A stretch of 64,000 nucleotides of DNA from Vulcanimicrobiales bacterium (GCA_038215615.1 JBBQQR010000011.1:1-64000), one strand, 5' to 3'; positions 1 to 8,533 are shown, counted from the first letter of the stretch. The notes: a model not told the origin generated them from the sequence alone. Translations and numbers: made by a program.

Positions 1-4
1 GTAA

Positions 5-757
5 ATTGCGGTCACCGGTGCGGCCGGCGTCATCGGCCGCGCGCTCTGCAAAGACCTCGCCGCAGATCACGAAATTGTGGCGATCGACCTGAAAGACGTT
101 CCGGCGATTGTTGACGTGCGGGATTTGGAGGCACTGACGAAAGCGTTTTCCGGATGCGAAGCCGTCGTGCACTTGGCCGGCTACGCGGATGTCCTTGCGT
201 CGTGGGAAGAGATCAGGGACGTCAACATTGCGGGAACATACAACGCTTTTGAGGCGGCACGGCAAGCGGGCGTGAAGCACGTGATCTTCGCGAGCTCGAA
301 TCACGCGGTGGGCATGCACGAGATGGAGCGCGGACGCGCGTTGTATGATGCGGGTGCGGGCCTGGTCGTGCGCGCGGACGATCCGTTTCGCCCCGATAGT
401 TTGTATGGAGTAGCCAAAGTTTTCGGTGAAGCGCTCGGCCGATATTACAGCGATGCGTTTGGGTTGCGCGTGGCTTGCGTTCGCATCGGGTCGATTCTCG
501 AAGCAGACTCGCCGACTGCTCCTTCGCTCGGCGTTCCGTCGTTCTTACCACATCTCAAACCCGAAGATGCGCATCCCCGGTATGCCGCTACGTGGATGTC
601 GAAGCGCGACTTCACGCGGCTGGTGCGCGCGATTCTTTCGCGGGACGTTCCTTTCGCGGTGGTGTACGGCGTTGGTGATAATCTCACGCGCTTTTGGGAT
701 CTCGAACCGGGGCGCGCGATATATGGATTTTGGCCCGCCGACGGAGTGCGTTCGTAG
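5..757 (+). CDS. NAD-dependent epimerase/dehydratase (uronate dehydrogenase-like extended SDR); start uncertain
   Basis: Frame extends upstream of 77 to IAVTGAAGVIG (Rossmann GxxGxxG); also ASSNHAVG and YGVAK (YxxxK). An in-frame TAA sits at 2-4. Confidence 0.85.
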   Translation: MAVTGAAGVIGRALCKDLAADHEIVAIDLKDVPAIVDVRDLEALTKAFSGCEAVVHLAGYADVLASWEEIRDVNIAGTYNAFEAARQAGVKHVIFASSNHAVGMHEMERGRALYDAGAGLVVRADDPFRPDSLYGVAKVFGEALGRYYSDAFGLRVACVRIGSILEADSPTAPSLGVPSFLPHLKPEDAHPRYAATWMSKRDFTRLVRAILSRDVPFAVVYGVGDNLTRFWDLEPGRAIYGFWPADGVRS

Positions 758-783
758 TGGCATTTATGTGGGGATTCTGAGCG

Positions 784-1926
784 TTGATCGCGGGAGCGCT
801 GACCGCCGTTTTTCTTTTGGCCGCGAGTCGTTCGGATCTTTATGACGTTCCATCGCCTCTGCCAAGCGGTGCACCGGGCAGAGTCATTTGGTCGCGGCCG
901 TTTACCGGCGGCGCGCTCTTGAAAAGCGCCGCGTCGAACACGCTCGTGCTGTACCACACGGTTTCCGCAAGCGGCCGCGATGTTGCGGTTTCAGGGACGA
1001 TTGCTATTCCCAAGGGATCGCCGCCGCCCGGAGGCTGGCCGGTGATCAGCTGGGCGCACGGTACGACGGGCAACGCGCCGCAGTGCGCACCTTCAAATTT
1101 CTCGCAACCAAACATCGAGCAGCGGTTTTTGGATCGCTTCGTTTCGGGCGGATTCGCCGTCGTGCAAACCGATTACGAGGGCGAAGGGACGCCGGGCGTG
1201 CACCCCTATTTCGCCGGTGTTTCCGGAGCACACGACGTAACCGACATCGTTCGCGCGGCTCGGCATCTCAACCCCGCTTTAAGCGATCGCTGGTTCGCGA
1301 TGGGACATTCAGAGGGCGGGAGTGTCGTGCTTTTCGCGGCGGCGACGGCGAACAGCTGGGCGCCCGATCTGCACCTATTGGGTGCGGTGGCGTACGCGCC
1401 GGGCACAGACATTCCCGATTTTTTCGGCGAGATGTCGGTCAGCAAATATCCATCGACACTTCTGCCGCTTCTTGCGATGATGATCGAGGGAATCGCTTCG
1501 CAGGAGCCGCGCGTAGACTTAAAAACCGTTTTGTCTCCGAAGGGGATGGCATTGTTGCCGTCGCTGCAAACCGATTGCGCGGGAACCTTGATGAGGTCGC
1601 CGGCCTGGAGCATTCCAGCCGCCGATTTCTTTCAGCCCAATGTCGCATCGAGTCTGTTGATGCAAGACTTCATTGCTAACGAGCCCTCGCGTGTGCACGT
1701 GCAGGTTCCCGTGCTTATTGAACAAGGAACGAGCGACGCTCTCGTTTCGTACGATGGCTCGGCTTCGCTGCGCTTGAGCTTATGCGGCAATGGCGCCCAC
1801 CCCGAACTCGACGCGGTGCCCAGGGGCGCGCACGACACCGTGATGCCGTTAAGCTACGATCATGTCAGCGCGTGGATTTCGAATCGGATGGCGGGCAAAC
1901 CGGTGTTGGGCAACTGTCCGGTGTAG
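784..1926 (+). CDS. Secretory lipase (LIP family alpha/beta hydrolase)
   Basis: Signal-like N-terminus, WAHGTTG, TDYEG, GHSEGG nucleophile elbow, C-terminal Asp/His. Confidence 0.85.
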   Translation: MIAGALTAVFLLAASRSDLYDVPSPLPSGAPGRVIWSRPFTGGALLKSAASNTLVLYHTVSASGRDVAVSGTIAIPKGSPPPGGWPVISWAHGTTGNAPQCAPSNFSQPNIEQRFLDRFVSGGFAVVQTDYEGEGTPGVHPYFAGVSGAHDVTDIVRAARHLNPALSDRWFAMGHSEGGSVVLFAAATANSWAPDLHLLGAVAYAPGTDIPDFFGEMSVSKYPSTLLPLLAMMIEGIASQEPRVDLKTVLSPKGMALLPSLQTDCAGTLMRSPAWSIPAADFFQPNVASSLLMQDFIANEPSRVHVQVPVLIEQGTSDALVSYDGSASLRLSLCGNGAHPELDAVPRGAHDTVMPLSYDHVSAWISNRMAGKPVLGNCPV

Positions 1927-1935
1927 TATTGAAAA

Positions 1936-2010
1936 TGGTGGGCGGTATTGGGATTGAACCAATGACCCCTTCCGTGTCAGGGAAGTGCTCTCCCACTGAG
2001 CTAACCGCCC
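1936..2010 (-). tRNA. tRNA-Val(GAC)
   Basis: Reverse complement GGGCGGTTAGCTCAGTGGGAGAGCACTTCCCT-GAC-ACGGAAGGGGTCATTGGTTCAATCCCAATACCGCCCACCA folds as a cloverleaf with CCA. Confidence 0.96.
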
Positions 2011-2024
2011 TCGCATCTGTTTAA

Positions 2025-2056
2025 AGAAAACGAGCCCCAGATATTTCTGGGGCTCG
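2025..2056 (-). terminator. Intrinsic terminator
   Basis: CGAGCCCCAGA/TCTGGGGCTCG stem at 2031-2056 followed by a U-rich tract on the minus strand. Confidence 0.75.
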
Positions 2057-2099
2057 CCTCATTTCCATCTTTACCGCGCGAACGAGGTAAAGAAGTAGA

Positions 2100-2789
2100 C
2101 TATTGGATGCTGGTAGCGATGAACGTGCTGCCGCTCCAGTTGCCGTACGCAGTAATAGTGCGTCCGGGAATAAGTGTGCCGCTGATCGCACCGCGCGATG
2201 CGGCCGTCGAATCGTTAATCGTAACCAGGCTCAGGCCTCGCGCGATTTGAATCGAGTTGCCGCTGACCGAGACGATCAGCCCGCGCACCGTTGCGCCCGA
2301 ATACGGGCCGCCATAGTTGTTGTAGTTGCCGTTCGACGGAATAAAGACGCCATTGGCACCAAACGTTCCGCGCAGCGTGATCTGCTGGCCCACCGTGAGG
2401 TTGCGGCCTTCCGTATTGACCGTGACTTGCTGTCCGTTCGAAAGCGTGACCAGCGCCGTGCCGCCATTAATCGACGCTACGGTTCCCGTGATGAATGCGC
2501 CGCCCATGTGGCTCTTGCACCAGCCGCGCTGGTTGCCGGCCGGGTTGACGCAGCTGTGCGCCGTCGCGCTGTTGCCTCGGCCGTTCGAGCCGTGGTTGTT
2601 TTTGCCACCGTCGTTGTCGTTGTCATTCTCGTTGCCGCGAGAAGCCTCGACTTGAGCGCCGGCGTGGGCTTTATTCTGGCCATGGCCTTTGCCGTGGCCG
2701 TCGCGATCCGCGAGCGCAAACGTGCCTGACCCGAAGATCAGGGCAACTGCGAAAGCTGCCGCTAGCGCGCGGTTGATAACTTTAGTCAT
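2100..2789 (-). CDS. Secreted hypothetical protein with a Gly/Asn/His-rich linker and two OB-like beta repeats
   Basis: SD GGAG before ATG 2789; signal peptide ending ALA; repeated ITGTVASING / VRGLIVSVSG modules. Confidence 0.7.
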   Translation of the reverse strand: MTKVINRALAAAFAVALIFGSGTFALADRDGHGKGHGQNKAHAGAQVEASRGNENDNDNDGGKNNHGSNGRGNSATAHSCVNPAGNQRGWCKSHMGGAFITGTVASINGGTALVTLSNGQQVTVNTEGRNLTVGQQITLRGTFGANGVFIPSNGNYNNYGGPYSGATVRGLIVSVSGNSIQIARGLSLVTINDSTAASRGAISGTLIPGRTITAYGNWSGSTFIATSIQ

Positions 2790-2883
2790 TCGTTGTCTCC
2801 TAGCTGTAGCTCCCATGAGTACTCCCCGACAACGTTCCCAGGTGCGAGGTCGGCTCACAAGCCGAACGCTCGCCTGGTTAGGA

Positions 2884-3972
2884 TTACGCTGCTTGCTTCT
2901 TGCGCTTCCTCAAGGTTTGTTGCAAACCGCGCAGTGTTCGCTCCGAATCGCTTTCATTCGAACGCTCCTGGAGTAAGGCAAGCACGAATGATTCTTCGGA
3001 ATCCAAACCTTCGCGGCGTGGCGCGCGCGCCAGCGCAAGTCGCCCCTGTTCCAGGAACGCGTCGACGATCGCGGGATGCACGTAACACTTGCGACAAATC
3101 GCGGGGGTATTTCCGAGCCGTTTCGCGACGTCTTTTATGACGGAGGCTACTCGCTGCTTTCGATCGCTTTGAGTCTCCTGCGCAACCTCTTGCGCGAGCA
3201 AGTTGGCGCACGTCACCGTGCCGACCCATGTGCGGAAGTCTTTCGCGCTAAACTCTTCGCCGGATATGTCGCGGATGTATTCGTTCACGTCGCTGGAATC
3301 GATGGCGCGCGGCGTTCCGTCATCCTCGAGATATTCGAACAACTGCTGGCCCGGGAGATCCTGACACTGCCGGACAATCTTCGCCAAGCGGCGATCGCGC
3401 AGATCCAGCGCGTGTCGCACACCGCTCTTTCCGCGGAATGAAAAGCGTACGGTCGAACCTTCGATTTTCGCATGTTTGTTTCGCAGCGTCGTCAGCCCGA
3501 AGGAATTATTCCCTTTGGCGTATTCATCATTTCCCACGCGAATCGCGGTGGTTTCCAACAACTGCACGATCGTCGCCAGCACTTTCTCGCGCGGAAGCCC
3601 AGGCAGCGCAAGATCCGCTTCAATCCGTTTACGAACCTTCGGCAAACTCTGCGCGAACGCGATCATGCGCTCGTATTTATTCTCATCACGCGTTTCGCGC
3701 CAACGCTTATGATAGCGGTATTGCTTGCGCCCGCGAGCATCGCGCGCCGTCGCCTGAATATGGCCATTTGCGATGGGACAGATCCACACGTCGGCGTACG
3801 CGGGCGGAACAGCCAACGCTCTTATGCGAGTCAGTTCCTTTTCGTCATCGATTTTCGATCCATCCGGCGCATAATACGCGAAATGCGCGCCGCGTTTTTC
3901 CCGGCGAATGCCCGGCATCTCGTCGCTGACATAACGCAGGCGCGCGGCCTTCGCGCTTTCGATAGCGTTCAT
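2884..3972 (-). CDS. DNA topoisomerase IB (bacterial/poxvirus-like)
   Basis: DARGRKQYRY, IRVGN, FRGKSG, AKDFRTW and LGNTPAICRKCYVHP (catalytic Tyr). Confidence 0.95.
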   Translation of the reverse strand: MNAIESAKAARLRYVSDEMPGIRREKRGAHFAYYAPDGSKIDDEKELTRIRALAVPPAYADVWICPIANGHIQATARDARGRKQYRYHKRWRETRDENKYERMIAFAQSLPKVRKRIEADLALPGLPREKVLATIVQLLETTAIRVGNDEYAKGNNSFGLTTLRNKHAKIEGSTVRFSFRGKSGVRHALDLRDRRLAKIVRQCQDLPGQQLFEYLEDDGTPRAIDSSDVNEYIRDISGEEFSAKDFRTWVGTVTCANLLAQEVAQETQSDRKQRVASVIKDVAKRLGNTPAICRKCYVHPAIVDAFLEQGRLALARAPRREGLDSEESFVLALLQERSNESDSERTLRGLQQTLRKRKKQAA

Positions 3973-4085
3973 GCGGCTTCGCCATCGTAGCGCAAGAGGG
4001 CGCGTACGCCGGCGAGCAGCGGAACGGGCAGGCAGGCTAGCGCGGCTTGCGCGAGCGTTCCGTGGCCGAGGGTCAGCAGGTCCAT
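3969..4085 (-). pseudogene. 38-aa ORF, probable internally deleted DUF488-family remnant
   Basis: MDLLTLGHGTLAQAAL...LRYDGEAA resembles the N-terminal (T.GHGT) and C-terminal (L.YDG) ends of DUF488 proteins; ATGA overlap with the TopIB start. Confidence 0.5.
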
Positions 4086-4164
4086 CCTGTGCCCTATACC
4101 CGCAAGCGCTCGGTAGACAGCGGCGGCGCGACTAGGATACGATATGCCGGTTCGATAAACGCAT

Positions 4165-4239
4165 GGGCGCGTAGCTCAGTGGGAGAGCATCCGCTTCACA
4201 CGCGGGGGGTCGTTGGTTCAATCCCAACCGTGCCCACCA
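4165..4239 (+). tRNA. tRNA-Val(CAC)
   Basis: Cloverleaf; anticodon arm CCGC-TT-CAC-AC-GCGG; GGTTCAATCC T-arm; CCA end. Confidence 0.95.
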
Positions 4240-4251
4240 TCATCTGGCGAT

Positions 4252-4328
4252 GGCGCTGTAGCTCAGTTGGTTAGAGCGTCGCCCTGTCACGGCGAAGGTC
4301 GTGGGTTCGAGCCCCATCAGCGTCGCCA
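4252..4328 (+). tRNA. tRNA-Asp(GTC)
   Basis: Cloverleaf; TCGCC-CT-GTC-AC-GGCGA; GGTTCGAG; CCA end. Confidence 0.96.
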
Positions 4329-4335
4329 GATTTAG

Positions 4336-4363
4336 AGGCCCCGACGTCATGTCGGGGCCTTTT
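4336..4363 (+). terminator. Intrinsic terminator of the tRNA Val-Asp operon
   Basis: AGGCCCCGAC/GTCGGGGCCT stem followed by TTT. Confidence 0.8.
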
Positions 4364-4437
4364 CGCATACGCAGAACGAACCCAGTACGAACTGTCACGC
4401 AGTCGCGGTTGGGAACAAATGCTCGGGAGGCATATTG

Positions 4438-4927
4438 ATGCAAAAGATCGTTCCTCTCTTGTGGTTTGACGGCAATGCCGAGGAAGCTGCCAATTTTTAC
4501 GTCTCGATTTTTAAGAACTCGCGCGTAACCGACATCAGCCGCTACGGCGAAGCTGGGCCGGGACCCGCGGGGAGCGCGATGGTCGTCGAGTATGAGATCG
4601 AAGGGCAAGAGTTCATGGCCCTAAACGGCGGCCAAACGGAAAACGGGTCGCCCGGGCCCGCGCCGGGATCGATCGCGTTGTTATGTCAATTGCGAAACGC
4701 TGGCCGAGGTCGATATTCTTTGGGAGAAGCTCTCCGAAGGCGGCAAGAAAGTGCAGTGCGGTTGGCTGAGCGATAAGTACGGTTTCTCTTGGAACATCGT
4801 TCCCGCGGGACTGGCCGAATATATCGGCGGCTCAGATCCGGAGGGAGCTCGACACGCGATGAAGGCGATGCTGCAGATGGATAAGCTCGACATCGACGCG
4901 CTCAAGCGTGCATACGAAGGCGGCTAA
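4438..4927 (+). pseudogene. VOC/PhnB-like (3-demethylubiquinone-9 3-methyltransferase family) gene with a frameshift near 4681
   Basis: [21 protein letters not shown]... in one frame continues as [21 protein letters not shown]...[12 protein letters not shown]...MDKLDIDALKRAYEGG* in the next frame. Confidence 0.85.
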
Positions 4928-4956
4928 CCGCCAAGAACGAAGCACGCCACCAAGAA

Positions 4957-5520
4957 GTGGCCAGCGACCTCATCAAGCTCGACGTACGCAGCCGCCGGCA
5001 ATGGCGTGCGTGGCTCCAGAAGCACCACGCTTCCAGTCCGGGCGTATGGCTCGTGTACTATAAGGCGCCCACCGGCCTTAAGGCAGTTTCTTATGAGGAT
5101 TCCGTTCGGGAAGCGTTGTGTTTCGGATGGATCGACAGTCTGATAAAAAGCTTCGATCAGGACCGTTATCTGCGCAAGTTTACCCCACGAAAAAGCACAA
5201 GCGCGTGGTCGGATAGCAACCGCAAAAGATATAAAGAATTGAAAGCCGCGGGCGAGCTCGCCGCCGCCGGGAAAGCTGCGCCGCCGACAATTAAGCGCCA
5301 TGCGCCGCCTCCGAAAATTCCCCTGAGATTGCCGGCCTACATACAAAACGCGCTCCGCAAGAATCCCAGTGCGTGGAGCTCGTTTCAGCAGCTTCCTGAG
5401 CGGCATCGTCGCGAGTATATTTTGTGGATCCATTCGGCCAAACGCCTTGAAACACGGCAAAAACGCATCGCAGAATCGCTGAGGATGCTCGACGCGGGCC
5501 AGAAGCTCGGTTTGAAGTAG
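4957..5520 (+). CDS. YdeI/OmpD-associated family protein
   Basis: WRAWLQKHH, EALCFGWIDS, FTPRK, WIHSAKRLETR motifs. Confidence 0.9.
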   Translation: MASDLIKLDVRSRRQWRAWLQKHHASSPGVWLVYYKAPTGLKAVSYEDSVREALCFGWIDSLIKSFDQDRYLRKFTPRKSTSAWSDSNRKRYKELKAAGELAAAGKAAPPTIKRHAPPPKIPLRLPAYIQNALRKNPSAWSSFQQLPERHRREYILWIHSAKRLETRQKRIAESLRMLDAGQKLGLK

Positions 5521-5562
5521 GGGAATCTGCCGCCTCTCCGCCCCGTAGCGATTTGGCAGCCG

Positions 5563-5588
5563 GTCACAAACCGAGCCGTACGCGTGTT
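5563..5588 (+). promoter_or_regulatory. Putative ECF-sigma promoter GTCACA-N16-TGTT
   Basis: Same -35 (AGCCGGTCACA) and spacing as the motif upstream of the ECF sigma gene at 39675. Confidence 0.5.
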
Positions 5589-5596
5589 TTAACCAT

Positions 5597-6262
5597 ATGG
5601 GCGTACAGAAAAACAGCCGTATGCTGGGGATAGCCCTGGCGCTGTCGCTGCTCTTCCACCTGGTACTGGCGCCGTTCGTACGCCCACCCGCAGACGCCGT
5701 TTCGTATCACGTGATACCGGTTATCACGCATATTTGGATTCGCCCGACGCCAGAGCCGCCTAAGCCGCCGCAGCGTGTGCGCACTCCAGTTTCGCATCCA
5801 CACATTCCAATCGTCAGCCTGCCGGTTGCGCGGCCCCATGATTCGCGCAATCACAATGGCCGCGTGGCGGTCACGCCGTCGTATCCTACCGGCCAGCCAA
5901 ATGCGCCGGGCAACCCCGGAACAAATGGATACGGCGGCGTGATCGGTCAACCTGTCGGGCCGACGGACGCGCCGGGTCCCGCTTGCAGCTATCCGAATGT
6001 TGAAGCAAAGACGATCTCCGCGGTTTCGCCGGATCGAACGGCGAGCGGATTTGCCACCGACACCATCGCTACGGCGATGATCAAGGTCGATCTCGATGCA
6101 GCCGGCCGCGTGACCGGCGTCTCGGTCTACGCCTCCACGGGTTCGCTTGAACTCGATCAGGCAGCCATGCAAGCGGCTCGCGAAAGCACCTATGCGCCGG
6201 AAATGCGCGACTGCCAGCCCGTTCCGGGTTCGTATCTCTTCAAGGTCGAGTTCAGCAACTAG
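5597..6262 (+). CDS. TonB family energy transducer
   Basis: TM with SLLFH (SxxxH), Pro-rich linker, TonB_C domain (VDLDAAGRV...STGSLELDQAAMQAA). Confidence 0.85.
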   Translation: MGVQKNSRMLGIALALSLLFHLVLAPFVRPPADAVSYHVIPVITHIWIRPTPEPPKPPQRVRTPVSHPHIPIVSLPVARPHDSRNHNGRVAVTPSYPTGQPNAPGNPGTNGYGGVIGQPVGPTDAPGPACSYPNVEAKTISAVSPDRTASGFATDTIATAMIKVDLDAAGRVTGVSVYASTGSLELDQAAMQAARESTYAPEMRDCQPVPGSYLFKVEFSN

Positions 6263-6265
6263 AAA

Positions 6266-6607
6266 CTAATAGACGCGGACGCCGTTTTGTACGGCGGAGT
6301 CCGGCGTGAGCAATACGGTATCGCCATTTTCGTCGGGCACGCCCAGCACGAGAACCTCACTCGGAAAGCCGGCGATGCGTTTGGGCGGAAAATTTACGAC
6401 CGCGACGATTTGCTTGCCGATGAGTTCGTCGGCGGCGTAGTGCACAGTGAGCTGCGCGCTTGAATACTTCGTGCCGATCGCGTCTCCGAAGTCTATCACG
6501 AGCTTATACGCCGGTTTCCGAGCTTCCGGAAAAGGCTCAGCGGACACAACGGTCCCGGCTCGAACATCGAGCGCTGCAAAAGCGTCCACAGGCGACACAA
6601 CATCCAT
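6266..6607 (-). CDS. csaA: tRNA-binding protein / export chaperone CsaA
   Basis: LDVRAGTV, PEARKPAYKL, SSAQLT, VVNFPPKRIAGFPSEVLVLG. Confidence 0.9.
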   Translation of the reverse strand: MDVVSPVDAFAALDVRAGTVVSAEPFPEARKPAYKLVIDFGDAIGTKYSSAQLTVHYAADELIGKQIVAVVNFPPKRIAGFPSEVLVLGVPDENGDTVLLTPDSAVQNGVRVY

Positions 6608-6651
6608 TATGGGGAAATGCTCTGACGAGATGGAATCGCCTGCCCCCATTC

Positions 6652-7092
6652 TCAGGATTTGGATTTCTGCAGATATACTCTTGCCGCATCAATGAAGGCG
6701 AGACTATTTTTTAGGAAAGCAATTGCAGCGTTACATGTGTTACATAAAAGACCACGCACATTTCCCGTTACGTGATCGTGATCTACATAGAGATGCTGCA
6801 CGTAGACCGTTTCGTACCGGGAAGCCTTGGGCGCCGGGCAATCTTTCCGGTACGTGCGACAGATGACGCAACGCCCTTCCTGCTCCGCCAATATGACATC
6901 CAGTTCCTTGAACGAAACGCCATACGTCCGCTGATAGTACTGCTCGCGCATCTTCTTGCGATATCGCTGGCTCCGGTGATAATATTCTCTTCCGCGTTTG
7001 CGGCGACATGTTGCGTAGCGTAGGATACCGCTGCTTAGTCTTTCCTTGATTGTTCCGCACTTGCGACAGTTTGGCTCAAGTGGGCTTGGCAT
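6652..7092 (-). CDS. Endonuclease VII domain (HNH-type) protein
   Basis: QEGRCVIC...LYVDHDHVTGNVRGLLCNTCN; visibly more AT-rich than its flanks. Confidence 0.85.
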   Translation of the reverse strand: MPSPLEPNCRKCGTIKERLSSGILRYATCRRKRGREYYHRSQRYRKKMREQYYQRTYGVSFKELDVILAEQEGRCVICRTYRKDCPAPKASRYETVYVQHLYVDHDHVTGNVRGLLCNTCNAAIAFLKNSLAFIDAARVYLQKSKS

Positions 7093-7148
7093 AATGTTAG
7101 TATGTCGTGTACGAGTGCCAGCTGTATGGCACTTAAAATCCGCGCGAG

Positions 7149-7180
7149 AAAAAAGCCGCTGAAAATTTCTTTTCAGCGGC
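7149..7180 (-). terminator. Intrinsic terminator of tRNA-Phe
   Basis: GCCGCTGAAAA/TTTTCAGCGGC stem plus U6 on the minus strand. Confidence 0.8.
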
Positions 7181-7188
7181 AGATAGTT

Positions 7189-7261
7189 TGCCGAGAGTCG
7201 GAGTCGAACCGACCACCCTGCACTTTTCAGGCGCATGCTCTACCAGCTGAGCTATCTCGGC
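7189..7261 (-). tRNA. tRNA-Phe(GAA), CCA not encoded
   Basis: GCCGAGATAGCTCAGCTGGTAGAGCATGCGCCT-GAA-AAGTGCAGGGTGGTCGGTTCGACTCCGACTCTCGGCA. Confidence 0.95.
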
Positions 7262-7501
7262 GCGACCGACCTCGATTCAACGCGCGGAGCGTGCTCCCTG
7301 TTCCGTCAGCGCTCGGGTTCGATCGGAACACTCTATTAGCGTTGCACTGACGAGGCCCATGTCGCTAAAGCGGATTTCGTGTGCGTAAGAACCACCCGCG
7401 CCGAGGTCCGGACACGAAGCGCTCACCGAGCACGCGGATTGGCTCATTCTGCACCGCGAGCGTCCGCTGGGCGTGATTCACGCTTAAGCACTCGCGGCAA
7501 T

Positions 7502-7531
7502 AAAAAAGCGCCCCGCTTTCGCGAGGCGCTT
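7502..7531 (-). terminator. Intrinsic terminator
   Basis: GCGCC..GC/GC..GGCGC hairpin with U6 on the minus strand, downstream of the 7552-8103 gene. Confidence 0.65.
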
Positions 7532-7551
7532 CCGGTATGGAGCTGTAGAGA

Positions 7552-8103
7552 TTAGGTGCCGGGTTGGCGGCGAGCCGAGACGAGTTGCATTTGCACTCGC
7601 GATCCCGCGCTCACTACCATGTTGGCTTTGTTGTTTTTGGCAGCCAAGTATCCGCCGGCCGCGCCGACGAGTCCGCCGCCACTGGCGCCGTGGAATATCC
7701 ATTTGCCGAGGATGTTGCCGACGACCATACCGCCGACCGCGCCGACGACTTCTTTAACCGTGTTGTTTTTCGTCACGGCGTTCCAGCCGGTCACGACGCC
7801 GACGACCTGATAGGTCGTGCCGTTCGAGAGCCGTAGCCGGTTGAGCGTAATGCGAAGTTGCGCCGGACGGCCTTGTGCCGCACTGACGACTTTCGAGACG
7901 GTGCCGTACATCGTTGCATTGTAGATGTTGGCGCCCGGGGCGCTTACGTTCGAGATTGACACCATCTCACCGACGTAGGCGTGTCCGGTGTCGATCGTCT
8001 GGTTTATCGTGCCGCTAAGATTGGTTCCCGGCGAAAGTGCCAGGGCCACTCCGCTCATGAGGACGGCCAGCACCAGGGCGGCCAAGGGTGATATAACGCG
8101 CAT
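7552..8103 (-). CDS. Secreted hypothetical protein with a glycine-zipper segment
   Basis: Signal peptide ending ALA; GAVGGMVVGNILG...GGLVGAAGG; SD GAGG. Confidence 0.75.
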   Translation of the reverse strand: MRVISPLAALVLAVLMSGVALALSPGTNLSGTINQTIDTGHAYVGEMVSISNVSAPGANIYNATMYGTVSKVVSAAQGRPAQLRITLNRLRLSNGTTYQVVGVVTGWNAVTKNNTVKEVVGAVGGMVVGNILGKWIFHGASGGGLVGAAGGYLAAKNNKANMVVSAGSRVQMQLVSARRQPGT

Positions 8104-8224
8104 GTACAGTACCTCTTTCTAAACTTTGAACGTATTCCGTTCCCAATTGTTCCCACTTATCCGGGCGGTTGCTCGCTCGCACCGCGACCCGGAATAAATT
8201 GGCGAGCAGGTGGTCTCTTGCTTT

Positions 8225-8515
8225 TTACGCGGGAGCTCGCGAGGCTTCGGAAGTGGTCGGGTCGATGCGGCCCGTGACTTGATGGATGGCGTTTGCCGGG
8301 AACCCGCCGCGCTCGGCGTGTTCGCGAATTTCCTTTTCGCTTGGCGCATTGTAGATGCAGAATATCCTGTTGCCGGTGACATAGCTTTCCACCCATTGAA
8401 TGGAAGGGCCCATATCGCGCAACACGCTGCAGCTCTTTGCGGAGATCTGCTGCAGCTCGTCGGCGGAGAGTTTCCCGGCGTTCGGGATTTCCCGTTCGAT
8501 AATAAATTTGGGCAT
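8225..8515 (-). CDS. DUF4242 domain protein
   Basis: MPKFIIEREIP, IQWVESYVT, IFCIYNAP, IREHA..GGFPAN. Confidence 0.85.
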   Translation of the reverse strand: MPKFIIEREIPNAGKLSADELQQISAKSCSVLRDMGPSIQWVESYVTGNRIFCIYNAPSEKEIREHAERGGFPANAIHQVTGRIDPTTSEASRAPA

Positions 8516-8533
8516 TGGGGTTTCCTCCGGTTG

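Noticed and set aside
2590..2640. GTTGTC (Asn-Asp) microrepeat
   Set aside because: Coding low-complexity linker, not a CRISPR array or functional repeat
7340..7480. Hammerhead-like CTGACGAG and short ORFs upstream of tRNA-Phe
   Set aside because: No stem II closed by GAAA; the ORFs (9-38 aa) have no recognisable features
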